DNA of 63,788 nucleotides, counting the filler, from Lenisia limosa (lineage: Eukaryota; Protista; Breviatea): NCBI GenBank assembly GCA_001655205.1. It is 13 parts of 13 records of this genome, joined end to end, with 100 filler letters (N's around TTAATTAATTAA, not from the genome) between each part and the next. Parts side by side here need not be neighbours in the genome. Positions count along the whole stretch, not along the records: positions 1 to 5,778 come from LPNZ01004970.1; positions 5,879 to 10,150 come from LPNZ01006272.1; positions 10,251 to 20,576 come from LPNZ01009798.1; 10 more parts are not named here. One strand, given 5' to 3'. Below, piece after piece: positions 1 through 13,365 of this stretch (positions within the stretch are counted from its first letter, which is position 1; each line of letters begins with the position of its first letter). Under the pieces are notes generated by a model. That model was given only the letters and a program-made list of their open reading frames with translations. It had not been told where the DNA came from and did no database searches. A program made the position numbers and the translations under genes.

Positions 1-219
1 TTCAAAGAATAAAAAGAACAAACTCTGGACCAAACACCAGCAAACTAACCACAATCACCAGCAAAACCCAAAAAGAGCTCAAGAAAAGACAAGAACAATC
101 AGCTGATAATATTACACCCACAGGATCTCTTTGAACCCTGCTTCAATCGAGACTTTATTACACCGTTTATCTATGCTAGTTATCTCGCCATCACCACCCA
201 CCCGGTGCGGCCTGGCGCT

Positions 220-1549
<1,330 letters not shown>

Positions 1550-1860
1550 TTTGACTCTCTCTTCAAAAAAATGGACCTATATCAAACAAACTAACCCCGC
1601 TGTTATAATATGGCTGAAAGGAGTGATTTTTTTCAAAAAATCTAAAATAGGATGTTGTACCAGGGTTTATATAAACGGTTCTTTTCTTCTTTTTTCGCCT
1701 CTTACCTCCCCTCTGTGCCCATCTCAGGCGGAATAGAATATTATTAAAAACCCTGCTGGAAAGACGAGCGGAAGAAAATGTGAACCGATTTAGCAACAAC
1801 CCATCAACTTTCCCTCCTTTATCTTTTTGTCTTTGTCATCTTCCCCTACAAGATAGTAGC

Positions 1861-4800
1861 ATGAATTCTGAAGATGTTTGGAGGGGTTTTAATAATTTTC
1901 CTTGGGTGTCTTATTTTGGCATTAAGCGATAATAACCTCTTTAGCTTTCCCCCTCCCCCATCAAAGGAACAACGGTTGGTTAAGTACCAGCGGCTACTCT
2001 TCATCAACAATAGCGATATAATATATATTTATAAAAATTGATATGTCATATTTTATAATTGCACATAATGTTACGTTTGCGCTTACCACTGATCGGACTA
2101 CAACGTTAATTTTTTCATAAACATATTACCAGAATTATATTTACAATGTTGACATTCTGGTTTCACAAAATGTTGAGATTGTTTTTTCACAATAGTGTTA
2201 TTGTTTGTTTGGCTATCACACTCACACATCAGTACCGGATGATGGAGGACGAGGATCTGGAGGCTGAAAATGCATGTGAGCCGCTGATTCAAATGGCCTT
2301 CGTTCTTCAGAACTTCGATGTTGTCCTTTCAATGAGGGTGGGTGTTGTCCTTTCAATGAGGTGGGTGTTGTTCTTTTAATGAGGTGGGTGTTGTCCTTTT
2401 AATGAGGTGAGTGTTGTCCTTTCAATGAGAGTGTGCTGTCCTTTCAATGAGAGTGAGTGTTGTCCTTTCGAGAGTGAGTGTTGTCCTTTCAATGAGAGTG
2501 AGTGTTGTCCTTTCAATGAGAATGAGTGTTGTCCTTTCAATGAGAGTGAGTGTTGTCCTTTCAATGAGAGTGTGGTATTGACACCCTTTATTTCCCATTC
2601 TGATGTCTACATTGGTCACTGTATTTCAGAGATTGGTCCGCCCCCCTCCTCGACTTTCCATTTTAGCTACCCGCCTTGTTTCTCTCAACCTTTCCTCCAA
2701 TGCTCTCATCGATGCTGATGGGCTGTGTGACTGTGCGTACCCTGTAAGCGGCCTATTAAGTGATTGTTGTAATAATACTATCTTTGAAGGTGTGGCGTTG
2801 ACCATGTACTTCGTTCCCCCTCTTATTGCTTGATATCAGAGTTATGATTGTAAAGATTTTCCCACACCATGAAAAATATCAGGGACGGAGGGAAACATGA
2901 ATAAGCCGTGAATACCAATCATATTTGTTACTTATTTCCCGGTTTTGCATTTCACATTTCAGAGCCTAACATCTCTGGACATCTCATCGAATTTCGTTTC
3001 AGAGCTTCACAGTGATTTCTTTCTTTCCTTTCCTTCATTAAAGGTATGACGAAGATGTCCCAACATTCGGGCAGGCTTTCATAATTATGAGTTTATCGAG
3101 TATTGAGAATATCTTCTTTTTGGACCAGTGTGGTCTTGGTGTGGTCTTTTGTTTGGGATTGGAACAAGTTCACATGGTTTTCTCATTATTATTCATTCTT
3201 CTTTTATTTCTTATCTAAATCTTCTCATTGGAAAGAGTATTAATATATTTTATCGTATTGGAGTTCGTCTCTTTTGACTTAATAGACAATAAACTTTTCT
3301 GAAAACTGCCTTGTTTCCCTTCCCGCCTCGCTGACCACCCTCAAAAACCTTGACTCGCTCTACCTTGGGGAAAATTCTCTCAGAGGTTGTGTGGAAGTTG
3401 TGAGTGACGATTTGAATGATACGCAATCATGAATACGAATTGGTTTTTATGAGAATTTTTTTTTTCCTTCTACTCAATATGACAAATATTGTCCATTGTT
3501 CACCCCCTCAGAGCTTCCTTCCGAACTTGGCAAGTTACGCACTATGACGGCTCTTCATGTTCCCGATAACTGTCTCAATGAACTGCCTGCCTCTTTCGCT
3601 CAACTCGTGCTACTAAGTGACATAGATGTACGTACGGATTGTGTTGGGACTTCTAATCGGCACCCCGAATTCCTTCAGATCACTCATCAGTTGGTAGTGA
3701 TTGCTCTTTTTCACTTACTTATCTTTTCTGACCCAGAACTCCCCATATTCTAAAAGACATAAATCGTCCCAAGCTCGCTTTTTGGAATGTTAAACCTGAT
3801 GAATTCTGTCCATGTGTTTCCCTTTGTTTTATAACATTTAACAGCTCTCGCACAATCAATTGGAGATGGTGTGCCCTGAAATAGCGCAGTTCTCACAACT
3901 GAAGTTCTTGAATCTCAGGGGCAATAGGTCTGCGGGTAGCACCCACCAGAATCATAAATTTAGTTACAGAACTGATCAGATTTTTCATGTTTTGAAAGGG
4001 ATAGCTGGGACAGCACCAATCAGTCCAATGAGGCAACATGGGTATTGTAGATATCAGTCCAATGAGGCAACATGGTATTGCAGATATCAGTCCAATGAGG
4101 CAACATGGTATTGCAGAAGGATATCTGTTGCTGATAGCAAGAGTATTCATTCCCTGCGGCGTGGACATAATACAGGTGTTTATTGTATAAATGGATATAG
4201 TTGAACTTTGGAAATATTGCTGTGCATGCAAAAAGCCAAATTAACATCCACCAAAGGTTGACGCATCTTCCAAAGACGTTTTCGGACCTAGACGCGCGGT
4301 TCATTAGCCTCGACTCTAACCCCTGGCTTGGGGACGGCATCTTCCTGGCGATGGTTGGGGGCTGATAGTGTTTCTGAAAGGGCTCCAGAGAAATGTGTTT
4401 TGATGCTTATATAAAGCAAAGAGTATTCACAGAAGTACCTTAATTATCCCCTCGCAGAAGGAGCCGCCTCTGCTTTTGGATATCGCCCTGAATTCGTGCC
4501 TCAAAAATGGAGTGCTTTCGAGTAGTAGTACGGGGGCAGCAGTTGAAATGATTGTCCGAAATGGCTTTTCAACTCACGAGTTGTGGTCTTTGTCTCCAAA
4601 AACAGGCTTCACATTGTAGGAATTCACCCTACCATTCGACAGAGAGCTGTTTCCGACTCTTCTGTTTGCATTTGTGGCAAGCCTTATTACCTCAAAGGGT
4701 GCCCCAGGTATTACGGTGGAACTATACNNNNNNNNNNNNNNNNNNNNNNNNNNNNNNNNNNNNNNNNNNNNNNNNNNNNNNNNNNNNNNNNNNNNNNNNN

Positions 4801-5340
4801 NNNNNNNNNNNNNNNNNNNNNNNNGAAACGGCCTGCAGCCCTGAATGTGTTCAGCTTATGGTGGCACCTGAACCTCTGGTGCCACGACCTCGGCCTGAAA
4901 GTGAGGGGTTCAGGTTATACCTTGTCGGGTTTTATGATCCGTCAGTTGATATTGTTACTGTGATGCGCGACTCTGCCTTGTTTTTTTCAACCCTTCTGTG
5001 CAAATTTGTTTTATACGTTTCCACTTTCGTTCCCTCATCTGCAGTGCTCCGCTGTAGTTCATATGAATTGGCTACACCGCGCAACGCAAAAGTTACGCCA
5101 CCGTCGCCCTCCACACCCCGTCCCGAGGGCAAGCGAATGTCACCGTCAAAATACAAGACCATCGAGATCCAGCCAATCACGTAGGGTGGGGCTCCGTATT
5201 GATCTTTAATCCATTTTTAGAATATAATGAATAATCCTGTGTAGTATTCCACCTACTCCGCCCAGTAAGGAGGAGTCTCCAGAAACCCCCTTGAACCTTC
5301 ACCCACCGGCCACCTTCTCCATTGTCTACTTCCAATACGG
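1861..5340 (+). CDS. Leucine-rich-repeat protein, multi-exon (C-terminal Cys motif reminiscent of LRRC58)
   Basis: Exons encode LRRs: LVSLNLSSNAL (~2690), NFSENCLVSLPASLTTLKNLDSLYLGENSL (~3295), LPSELGKLRTMTALHVPDNCLNELPASF (~3515), LKFLNLRGN (~3900), FISLDSNPW (~4300). These are followed by PPLLLDIALNSCL and ACSPEC. Start, end and whether this is one gene are uncertain. Confidence 0.7.
2319..2574 (+). repeat. Tandem array, ~11 copies of a 21-26 bp unit (TGTTGTCCTTTCAATGAGAGTGAG), starting at an exon end
   Basis: Directly visible; the first unit is the exon end ...VVLSMR plus the donor GTGGG. Confidence 0.95.
4018..4113 (+). repeat. 33-bp tandem repeat x3 (ATCAGTCCAATGAGGCAACATGGTATTGCAGAT) in an intron
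   Basis: Directly visible. Confidence 0.9.
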
Positions 5341-5778
5341 ATTCCTTGCTCTTATTTGTGCTGTTCTTATTTATTACCGCTAGAGAATGCGGTTGTTTCG
5401 TTTATGATACTAGGTCTATTATTTTTACTCTGTATACAAGTTAAATGTATGTCACCCCCCCCCCCCTNNNNNNNNNNNNNNNNNNNNNNNNNNNNNNNNN
5501 NNNNNNNNNNNNNNNNNNNNNNNNNNNNNNNNNNNNNNNNNNNNNNNNNNNNNNNNNNNNTTTGTGAAGAATAAAACTCCATGAAACAACTCCAATAAAT
5601 AACATACCATACAAGACAATTCCATTCGGCTACTAGGGGGCTGGTAAGCTGCCTGCACTCTACCGGGTCAAAATGCCATAATTGAATTCGGTACAACAAT
5701 AGTGTAGGGGAGTAAAGTTGGAGTATTTACGAAACAAAAAAGCCCAGATCAACTCTGTTGGCTGACACGATATCAACA

Positions 5779-5878
5779 NNNNNNNNNNNNNNNNNNNNNN
5801 NNNNNNNNNNNNNNNNNNNNNNTTAATTAATTAANNNNNNNNNNNNNNNNNNNNNNNNNNNNNNNNNNNNNNNNNNNN
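5779..5878. other. Artificial contig spacer (44 N + TTAATTAATTAA + 44 N); first of 12
   Basis: The same 100-bp layout recurs at 10151-10250, 20577-20676, 27611-27710, 29040-29139, 36408-36507, 38086-38185, 44134-44233, 46201-46300, 48840-48939, 50812-50911 and 56565-56664. TTAATTAATTAA gives stops in all six frames, and genes are cut at these points. Confidence 0.97.
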
Positions 5879-5949
5879 TCAGCCAACAGAGTTGATTTGG
5901 ACTTTTTGTTGTCTACTTTTTTCATAAATTTACCCCCCACCCTCCCTAG

Positions 5950-8900
5950 ACCACGACTCATTCACCTTCGTGGACGTTCCAATCGACCGAGAGTCCCTCT
6001 CGCATTGGCCAGTAGTGGTCCCGTCCTCGCCTAAAGACGCCCGTTTCTATCTTGAAAGCGACCATGATAAATCGAGGGGAAATGTGAGTTGTCATGATAA
6101 ATCGAGGGGAAATGTGAGTTGTCATGATAAATCGAGGGGAAATCTATTGTATGTAATTGTAACTTATGGGGAAATATGGGGGGTGATGATAAATCTAGGG
6201 CCTTCGCCAAAAAAAAATAATTCTCCCTCACTCTGTCTGTCTCAATCTATCCTTGTTTTTGATTGTGACATACATTTCCTTTTTTTCAAATTCACCCCCA
6301 GATTACGCACTATCGTATCCTGGTCTTTTCACCCGACCCTTCTATCCATGTCTTCGCCAAAATTGACAGCTCTGTTGAAGTTGAATTGACGAGGGCAAAT
6401 CGTTGAGAGGGGAACGCTGCAATTCATCATTATCACCACCATTACCATCATCATCATCATCATCACCATTACCTCCATCATCATTACCATATAGTTTCTC
6501 AGCCGCTCTTCACAGCGCCACTGCCCTCTTCTATAGACACAACTCAAAAGGGTCTCAGAGTGTTGAAAATTCGCGTACAAGGCGATTTGAGTGAGGGGGG
6601 ATTAGATTTATTTTTATTTATTTTTTGGTTGTTGTTATTGTTTCATAGTATTTTTTTTATTATTTTTTTTCACCCCCGCCCAGCTGCCCAAAAGTTATTC
6701 GAATACGATATATCCTTTGACGGATCTGTGCAATACCTTGGCAACTCGATTTGGCAGGGTGGGAAGGGGGAAATTCCTAGTTGCATTAGACTGTATTTAT
6801 ACTATATCCAATATCTCTTATCAGCGTGATGGTGTGGACAGCTTCGGCCAGATACATCTTTATTTTTATTTCGCATTGCTACATATTTTCCAAGGTTCTG
6901 TGCAATTCCTTTTTTGAAGAAATTAATTGACAAAATTTGAAAATGTCTGGAATTAAGTTTACTTTGTTCAATATTTGTTAAACAAATATTTTTTTTTTTT
7001 TTTAATTGCACGGATCCTTAATATTTTCACCATTTCACCAGTCTTTTCACCATTTTAGTCTTCCAGTACTCCGTGAACCTCTCACTTGGTGGCTTTGGTA
7101 GGTTACTAAACCTCATCCTCCCCTCTGCCCATCATTTCAACAAATACGCTCCCTATTAATTTCAATCATTCAGTTACATTTTTCTTGTTTTGAAAATCGT
7201 TATTCGATATTCTTTTGGCAAATTCTCTTGAACTCCCCCCCCCCCCNNNNNNNNNNNNNNNNNNNNNNNNNNNNNNNNNNNNNNNNNNNNNNNNNNNNNN
7301 NNNNNNNNNNNNNNNNNNNNNNNNNNNNNNNNNNNGGGCTTTATTTGTTTTGTTGTTATCAACCCTATTTGGGCTCTTAAATTTTTCATTTTACCTTTTT
7401 CCCTTCCAGCCCTGTACATTGTGGCAATAGTAACCATTCCTTTTGGTCTCCTTGCTCTCCCGCCCATTTTTAAGCTTTATCTCAAATCGCGAGGCTCGTG
7501 GGATACTTTCGAAACTAAGGTTGGTGATGTTATATTTTTTTTTTGTTTTTCTTTCGGAGTTGATTTAGGCTTTTTTTTCATGAATTTCTTTTCTTTTTTT
7601 CTTGTTTTACCCCCCAGATTGCCCGGGACTTAATAGCAGTATCACCCCTCACCCGCATCCCCTACCTCATCGCTCTGTTTTCCTCCCCGGAATCCGTGCG
7701 GATTTGTGCTATTGCTTCAACATACCTGCAAAGGGTGGGTAAATCATTTTATCATTCACTGACCGCGATAAGCCTAGACACGGATATTAAGCTTTATCTT
7801 TAGTCGTGTCAGGACTAATCTCATCCAAATATACATTGTCCCGCTGCCACGATATTGAGCTTTATTATTTTGAGGCAATCATGTCAGGACTTATCTTTAA
7901 CACATCTTCCTCTTCACATTCAGTTATTATAACTATGGATTCCCAACGGTCCGAAAAAGGCCGGTAAAATGTTGATATTGATCGAAGATTTATCGAGAAA
8001 TTCAGTCTTTTTTGGACCGAGGGAATCCTAGTTATGACATAACGAAATCTTTAGCCAATATGTTTTTATTGAAAAAATTTCCTTTTTTCCTTTTTCCTTT
8101 TTTTTNNNNNNNNNNNNNNNNNNNNNNNNNNNNNNNNNNNNNNNNNNNNNNNNNNNNNNNNNNNNNNNNNNNNNNNNNNNNNNNNNNNNNNNNNNNNNGC
8201 CCCTGTCAGCACATTTGGCCGTACACAAAGAGACTGATAAAGTACCAAGGAAAAAGCTCGGAAAAATGGGGGACGTTTTAATGAGACAATTCCGCCTTGC
8301 TCTCTGGCAGTATTCCTTTGTTGGAGGGACTATATTTCTTTATTGGTTTCTTTAATTCTTTAATTCTTTTTTTTTCTTTTTTTTTCTTTTTGTTGTTTGT
8401 TGTGGGCAGAGGGTCATACAATTTNNNNNNNNNNNNNNNNNNNNNNNNNNNNNNNNNNNNNNNNNNNNNNNNNNNNNNNNNNNNNNNNNNNNNNNNNNNN
8501 NNNNNNNNNNNNNNNNNNNNNNNNNNNNNNNNNNNNNNNNNNNNNNNNNNNNNNNNNNNNNNNNNNNNNNNNNNNNNNNNNNNNNNNGCCTACAGAGTTG
8601 TTTTTTAGGCTTTGTTTTTTTCATATTATCCAATTTAACGCAAATATTCTTCATCGAAATTTCCTTCGTTTTACCCCCCAGATCCCGACAAGCTACCGCG
8701 CAATCCTCCTCGTAATCTGTTGTGCTTGCCTAGTAGCTCCGTGGCTCTGGGGACCAGGCCTCTTCATCAATCAGACCTGGGGCTTCCTGTTCCCTTTTGG
8801 CAAGTTTGGGGGGTTCAGTTCAGTTCATTTTTAATTGTCGTAAATTTTTCATTCACCTCTAGATTCTGGCTGGGTTTTGTTTTATACATTTTTCGATTTT

Positions 8901-10110
8901 CTTTCCCCACATTTCGCTTACAAATTCAGAGTGTCGTTCAGCAGCGAACTATACAACTGTCCGGATGTTTTCTTCCCTTTTGCCCTTTTCTACTTCCTCG
9001 TCATTTTCCCGATTGTCAGACATCTCTCGCTGGTGGGGGGGGGGCTCTTTTAGTTTGTTTTTGTTTTTTTTTTATCATCATTATCATCATCATCATCATT
9101 ATAATTATTTGGGGGGAGGGGTCGCGGGAGCTTATTTACATTTGATATATACATGCATACACGTACATGGAAATAGTAAATGATATATATATTTTAGAAT
9201 AATACTATATGCATACCCCAACTTGTGTGTTGCAATCCAACTGAGTTGATTTTGGGGGGGTTTTTTGCTTAGCTAACCTCACAGGAATGTATATACTAGT
9301 TAAAAACCTTTGTTTTACCCGACAGGTTGCCTACCAACCTGCTGCTTCGCTGTACCTCTTCTTCAACGCCCAGTCCTCGCCCCTCAGAACACAATCCCTC
9401 CGCCCGTCTGGGTCAGCGTGAGGGGGGGGAGAGAATATTGGCGTAAAGGTACTAATCACGAAAAGAACAATCTGAAACTCCCATTTTTTCATCCCCCCCC
9501 CCCCANNNNNNNNNNNNNNNNNNNNNNNNNNNNNNNNNNNNNNNNNNNNNNNNNNNNNNNNNNNNNNNNNNNNNNNNNNNNNNNNNNNCTCACGCAATTA
9601 CCAGGACAAGTAGGGGGCGCTGGAATTCACTAGAGTACTACTATTACCAGGATAATTATGGGACACTATACTGCTTTCCTATATCTGTACAACAGATTTC
9701 TCATCTTGTCTTTGTTGAATCTTGTCTTTGTTGAATCTTGTCTTTGTTGAATCTAGAGTAAAAATGGGGGGGGGGGGGTNNNNNNNNNNNNNNNNNNNNN
9801 NNNNNNNNNNNNNNNNNNNNNNNNNNNNNNNNNNNNNNNNNNNNNNNNNNNNNNNNNNNNNNNNNNNNNNNGCTTCACTTCGGTTCGAAAAAAAGACTAA
9901 ATGTCTCGATAAATCCTCGAAAACTATCGATATTTTCCCAAGTTTTTTTCGAACCGAAGTGAAGCCCCAGTTACAAACAAACACATCAATTATGAGTTGA
10001 GAAATAAAACACGGTTGTCTCTGGCCATGGTCGTCCAAACCATTACGCTATATCCAGGGTACCAGAACTACATTGGGATACTACTGATGCTCTTCTTGAC
10101 CGCTCCCCCT
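5950..10110 (+). CDS. Multi-pass membrane protein, TMEM62-like C-terminal region (partial)
   Basis: Spliced exons DHDSFTFVDVPIDRESLSHWP..., ITHYRILVFSPDPSIHVFAKID, ALYIVAIVTIPFGLLALPP, AILLVICCACLVAPWLWGPGLFINQTWGFLFPFG (resembles the TMEM62 PWFIGE...GVVF segment) and YQNYIGILLMLFLTAP. The family assignment is from memory of the motif only. Confidence 0.5.
6063..6143 (+). repeat. 30-bp tandem repeat x2.7 spanning a donor site (CATGATAAATCGAGGGGAAAT/GTGAGTTGT)
   Basis: Directly visible; the unit is 10 codons (HDKSRGNVSC). Confidence 0.92.
6807..6855 (+). repeat. Dispersed repeat family D (non-palindromic, ends GGACGGCTTCGGCCAGATAC)
   Basis: Similar copies at ~16046, 24225, 26774, 33220-33305 (rev), 36064-36175 (rev), 36510 (rev), 43385, 50615-50680, 62783 and 63164 (rev). 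Confidence 0.8.
7933..8031. mobile_element. MITE family A, subfamily 2 (TIR TAGGGCTTCCCTACGGTCCGAAAAAGACC)
   Basis: Imperfect ~100-bp palindrome in an intron. Other subfamily-2 copies at 22639-22736, 29616-29704, 30298-30386 and 36843-36940; partial copies at ~28720 and ~56841. Confidence 0.85.
8636..8681 (+). repeat. Repeat family G at an intron 3' end (AATATTCTTCATCGAAATTTCCTTCGTTTTACCCCCCAG)
   Basis: Same motif at ~34060-34130 (3' region of an intron). Inverted relative to the host gene at intron 5' ends at 9427-9482 (+ gene) and 30060-30154 (- gene). Confidence 0.8.
9872..9968. mobile_element. MITE family A, subfamily 1
   Basis: GCTTCACTTCGGTTCGAAAAAAAGAC...TTTTTTTCGAACCGAAGTGAAGCCC; the internal sequence is in reverse orientation relative to the 61869 copy. 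Confidence 0.88.
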
Positions 10111-10250
10111 GCCCACATTGTTTTTTTTTTTGTTTTTGTTTTTTTTTTTTNNNNNNNNNNNNNNNNNNNNNNNNNNNNNNNNNNNNNNNNNNNNTTAATT
10201 AATTAANNNNNNNNNNNNNNNNNNNNNNNNNNNNNNNNNNNNNNNNNNNN

Positions 10251-13174
10251 GTATTGAGCAAAAAGAACACCATCAAGTGATTAACGCCGCACCTGGTTGA
10301 TGTAGGTTGTCCACCCTTCACGCAGTTTCGCAATTGGTCCACTTGTCTTCCTATCACTTACAACCTTAACTTGCAGTTCCACGCACTAGCAGTGAGAAAA
10401 GTGGAATAAAGAATAAAATTGCATAATAAAACTACCTGGAAAAATCCTAATATCACACTATATAATATTATTTATCAAAATACAATTAATATTACACGCA
10501 AAAGCTTACATAGCCCCATACAAACGGTATTACACGCTGTAGTGCCTGTATCAGGCAATACACACCTATGTGTAAAGACGCGTAAAAGAGCCAGGATAAT
10601 ATAACAATTCCCCTCCAACCTTTTTGAGAGCAGAAGAAAGGAGAAGGTACTCAGGAAAGAAGGATACAATGTTCCAGATAACCACAAGGAACATAGCTGG
10701 AGGGATTAGTAAGAGCGATAGGGTACTGCTTTCGCCTCTATGAATAAGCAATAATCCCTCTCATTTTAATTCCAAATATAGTGTGCTTCATTCGTTCCGA
10801 AAAGTCAAAATTTTCACTACGTTTTGGTATCACGCTGAATCCCTCAACAGCATAACCAGAATTGTATCTAGTGAAAGGCACTTGGTCCTTAAAGCTTACA
10901 AAAGTAAATAGATTGAGACTCAAGAAAGACGGCAAAGAGTATCGGTGCTGTGATTTTGGAGATCAAATCAATACGGGTCATGAGGGCGTTGGTCCGTGAG
11001 AGAATCACCGAACTAAAACCGGGGGTGAGAAAGCTGAAAAGAGAGTGACAGCAAATAATGTTATAATGGAAGGAGCTGTACACAACACCATGCTAGAAAA
11101 CGATTTTATAGACACACGTGATTGTGTCAACAGAAGTACCACAAAGTTCCTATCTATCATTATTGCATTGTCTTTCAGCATTACACAGAAATAAAGACCC
11201 GCACACTCCTTCGCGGCCATTTCAACAATCCAGTCCTTCTTCACCGACACATTATTAGCCAGAGAACCAAGCTGAAGTGGTGAACTCTGGAAATCTACTG
11301 CTAGGATTTACAAAGGATAAATTGACTACAGTTTTACATTATTTCATCAGCAACCTCTTTCCCAGCCTTACCCCAGCAATACAAGATAGTGCAACAGTAC
11401 AAATGTAAATGATCAAGAAGAAGGGGTCACTCCAATCAGGCTCATCACGATCATCTTGAATTCGAAGCTAAGCATCATAAGTAGAAGCAATGTTCAAATA
11501 ATAATAAATATTTTTTAAAAAAAAATAGGAGAGCTTAATATTATACCCAGCCAACACAAAATGTCAAGCCCAGAGCGGCAAAAACAAGCCCAGTGTTTTG
11601 GACAATCAGAGACTCTCTGAGAATCTAAATCGTTATTGCTCAAGGAACAGGGAATTATTTACTTACACTTGGTATCTCTAATAAACAAATATTGGACAGT
11701 ATTAAACCTTCCTTGCCACAGAAAAACGACAAACCTTGTTTCGCTGGTTGCTGTCGATGTAACTTCCAATCATGCCACCACAGAAGAAAACAGAGCCCTT
11801 GACACACAGAGAGAACAGTGCTACAGGGTAATAAGGGGTGAATCACTCTGATGAAGACCACATCTTTAAAAGACAGAGTATGAGCGGAAACGAAGAACTT
11901 TCCCTTTCTGTACAGCGTAACCCTACAAACCAGCAGGTAGGTAGGACTCCGGGAAGGCAACAATGAAAGCCATTGGAACCGCAAATTCTGGGCATTATTA
12001 AGATGGCTGGAATCATCTGATCGTGTTGTGATCAGGATATTTGGGGCTTGTTTTGACTTGTAACAATAAAATCAGAATTGTCTCTCAAAATTTTCAGATT
12101 TTCACAAAAAAAAAAGAAGAGAACAATGACCCCAATAAAATGAGTCCACCAACCCCAAAGCCTGTCTCCCCAGGTTGAGAAGAGATGAGACCACAGAAGG
12201 GGACCAAATCGACGGTCAAACATCATGGCAGGAACAGGTGCGGCACCGTTATCGTTTTGCGGTACTCTTCCGCCATAGTCCACCTGGGCCTACAATATAA
12301 CATTTGACTTTCAACAAATCAATAAGTACCGATTCACATCCCTACTCCCACCTTGGCTCTTTGATTGTCGAGTTGAGTGCCGCTGAAAGCCGCATCCCTG
12401 GATAATAAGCAGCATTTAATACATAGTCGTTTATTACAAGAGGCATTGAAATATTTGACAGAGATCCCTCATCTGGCAGGGTTCACAAAGCTAGCTCCGT
12501 GAATTTTGCGCTTTGCTGCCTTCTACTCGTTACCTTTTTACATCTCTTTCCATATTCCCGCCCACTTTGGTGACATGACAGCTGCCAGGGAGTTGGACGT
12601 TCTACTGACATCATCTGGTACATCTTCAGGCAGGGCACTGACGTACGTTGGCGATGTCAAATGCGGCGTTGTGAGATGGGGCGCAACAACCATGCTCGAG
12701 ACATCAGCTTCACCAACATTGCCTACGAGAGTTATTCAAATGCCTGTGTAAAGATTTAAACTCTCAAAATGCAACAGCATCAGAACTCAACATAATCACA
12801 ACCCACGACAGCACTACTCACAAACAACCCAGCTTGACAATATCTATGGAAACACAGAAGTCGAATGGTGATTATTAGGACGATGTCATATATATGTGAC
12901 CAGCTCTACATACCATCATGATGGGCAGCTAGGTCATCAATGTCATGTACAGGAGGAAGAATCATTGCTAGAGATTGAGAAGATTGATTTGGGGGAACGT
13001 GGAAAATTTGAAAATACTTATCCGGTAATTCCAAAATATGTTTTTATAATGTAATAAGCCTAATATCACAAAAGCAGAGACTGGAAGCGCAGTAAAACAT
13101 GAGATCCTATCCCCACGTTCATTGAAATCATCGTCATCAGATGCCGGCTGATATATGCTTACAGCATCAGGCAT
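10251..13174 (-). CDS. SLC40A1: Ferroportin / IREG (SLC40) iron exporter with long N-terminal extension (3' end cut by contig)
   Basis: Exons encode LLWSHLFSTWGDRLW, LGSLANNVSVKKDWIVEMAAK and LSRTNALMTRIDLISKITAPILFAVFL, matching the FPN1-family motifs SHFLSTWxDRM, xxxERDWVV and LNSxMRRIDLxCKLLAP. The start codon is tentative. Confidence 0.85.
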
Positions 13175-13365
13175 AGTTCCAGTTCCAGCAAAAGACCGTT
13201 GAGAAAGCCAAGCGGGAAGGTAAAACGGACTTCAATATATCGAAAAGTATCAATACAAATATCGATATTGGCCCTTTTCGATTTTGCTCACATATTTCGA
13301 ACCTTCTTTCAATTAGAGTTTATATTTTAAGGTTGTTTGTAGTATTATCTCTAAATATAATCAGT

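Noticed and set aside
2319-2574. CRISPR-like array
   Set aside because: Head-to-tail units with no unique spacers, eukaryotic intron context and no cas genes.
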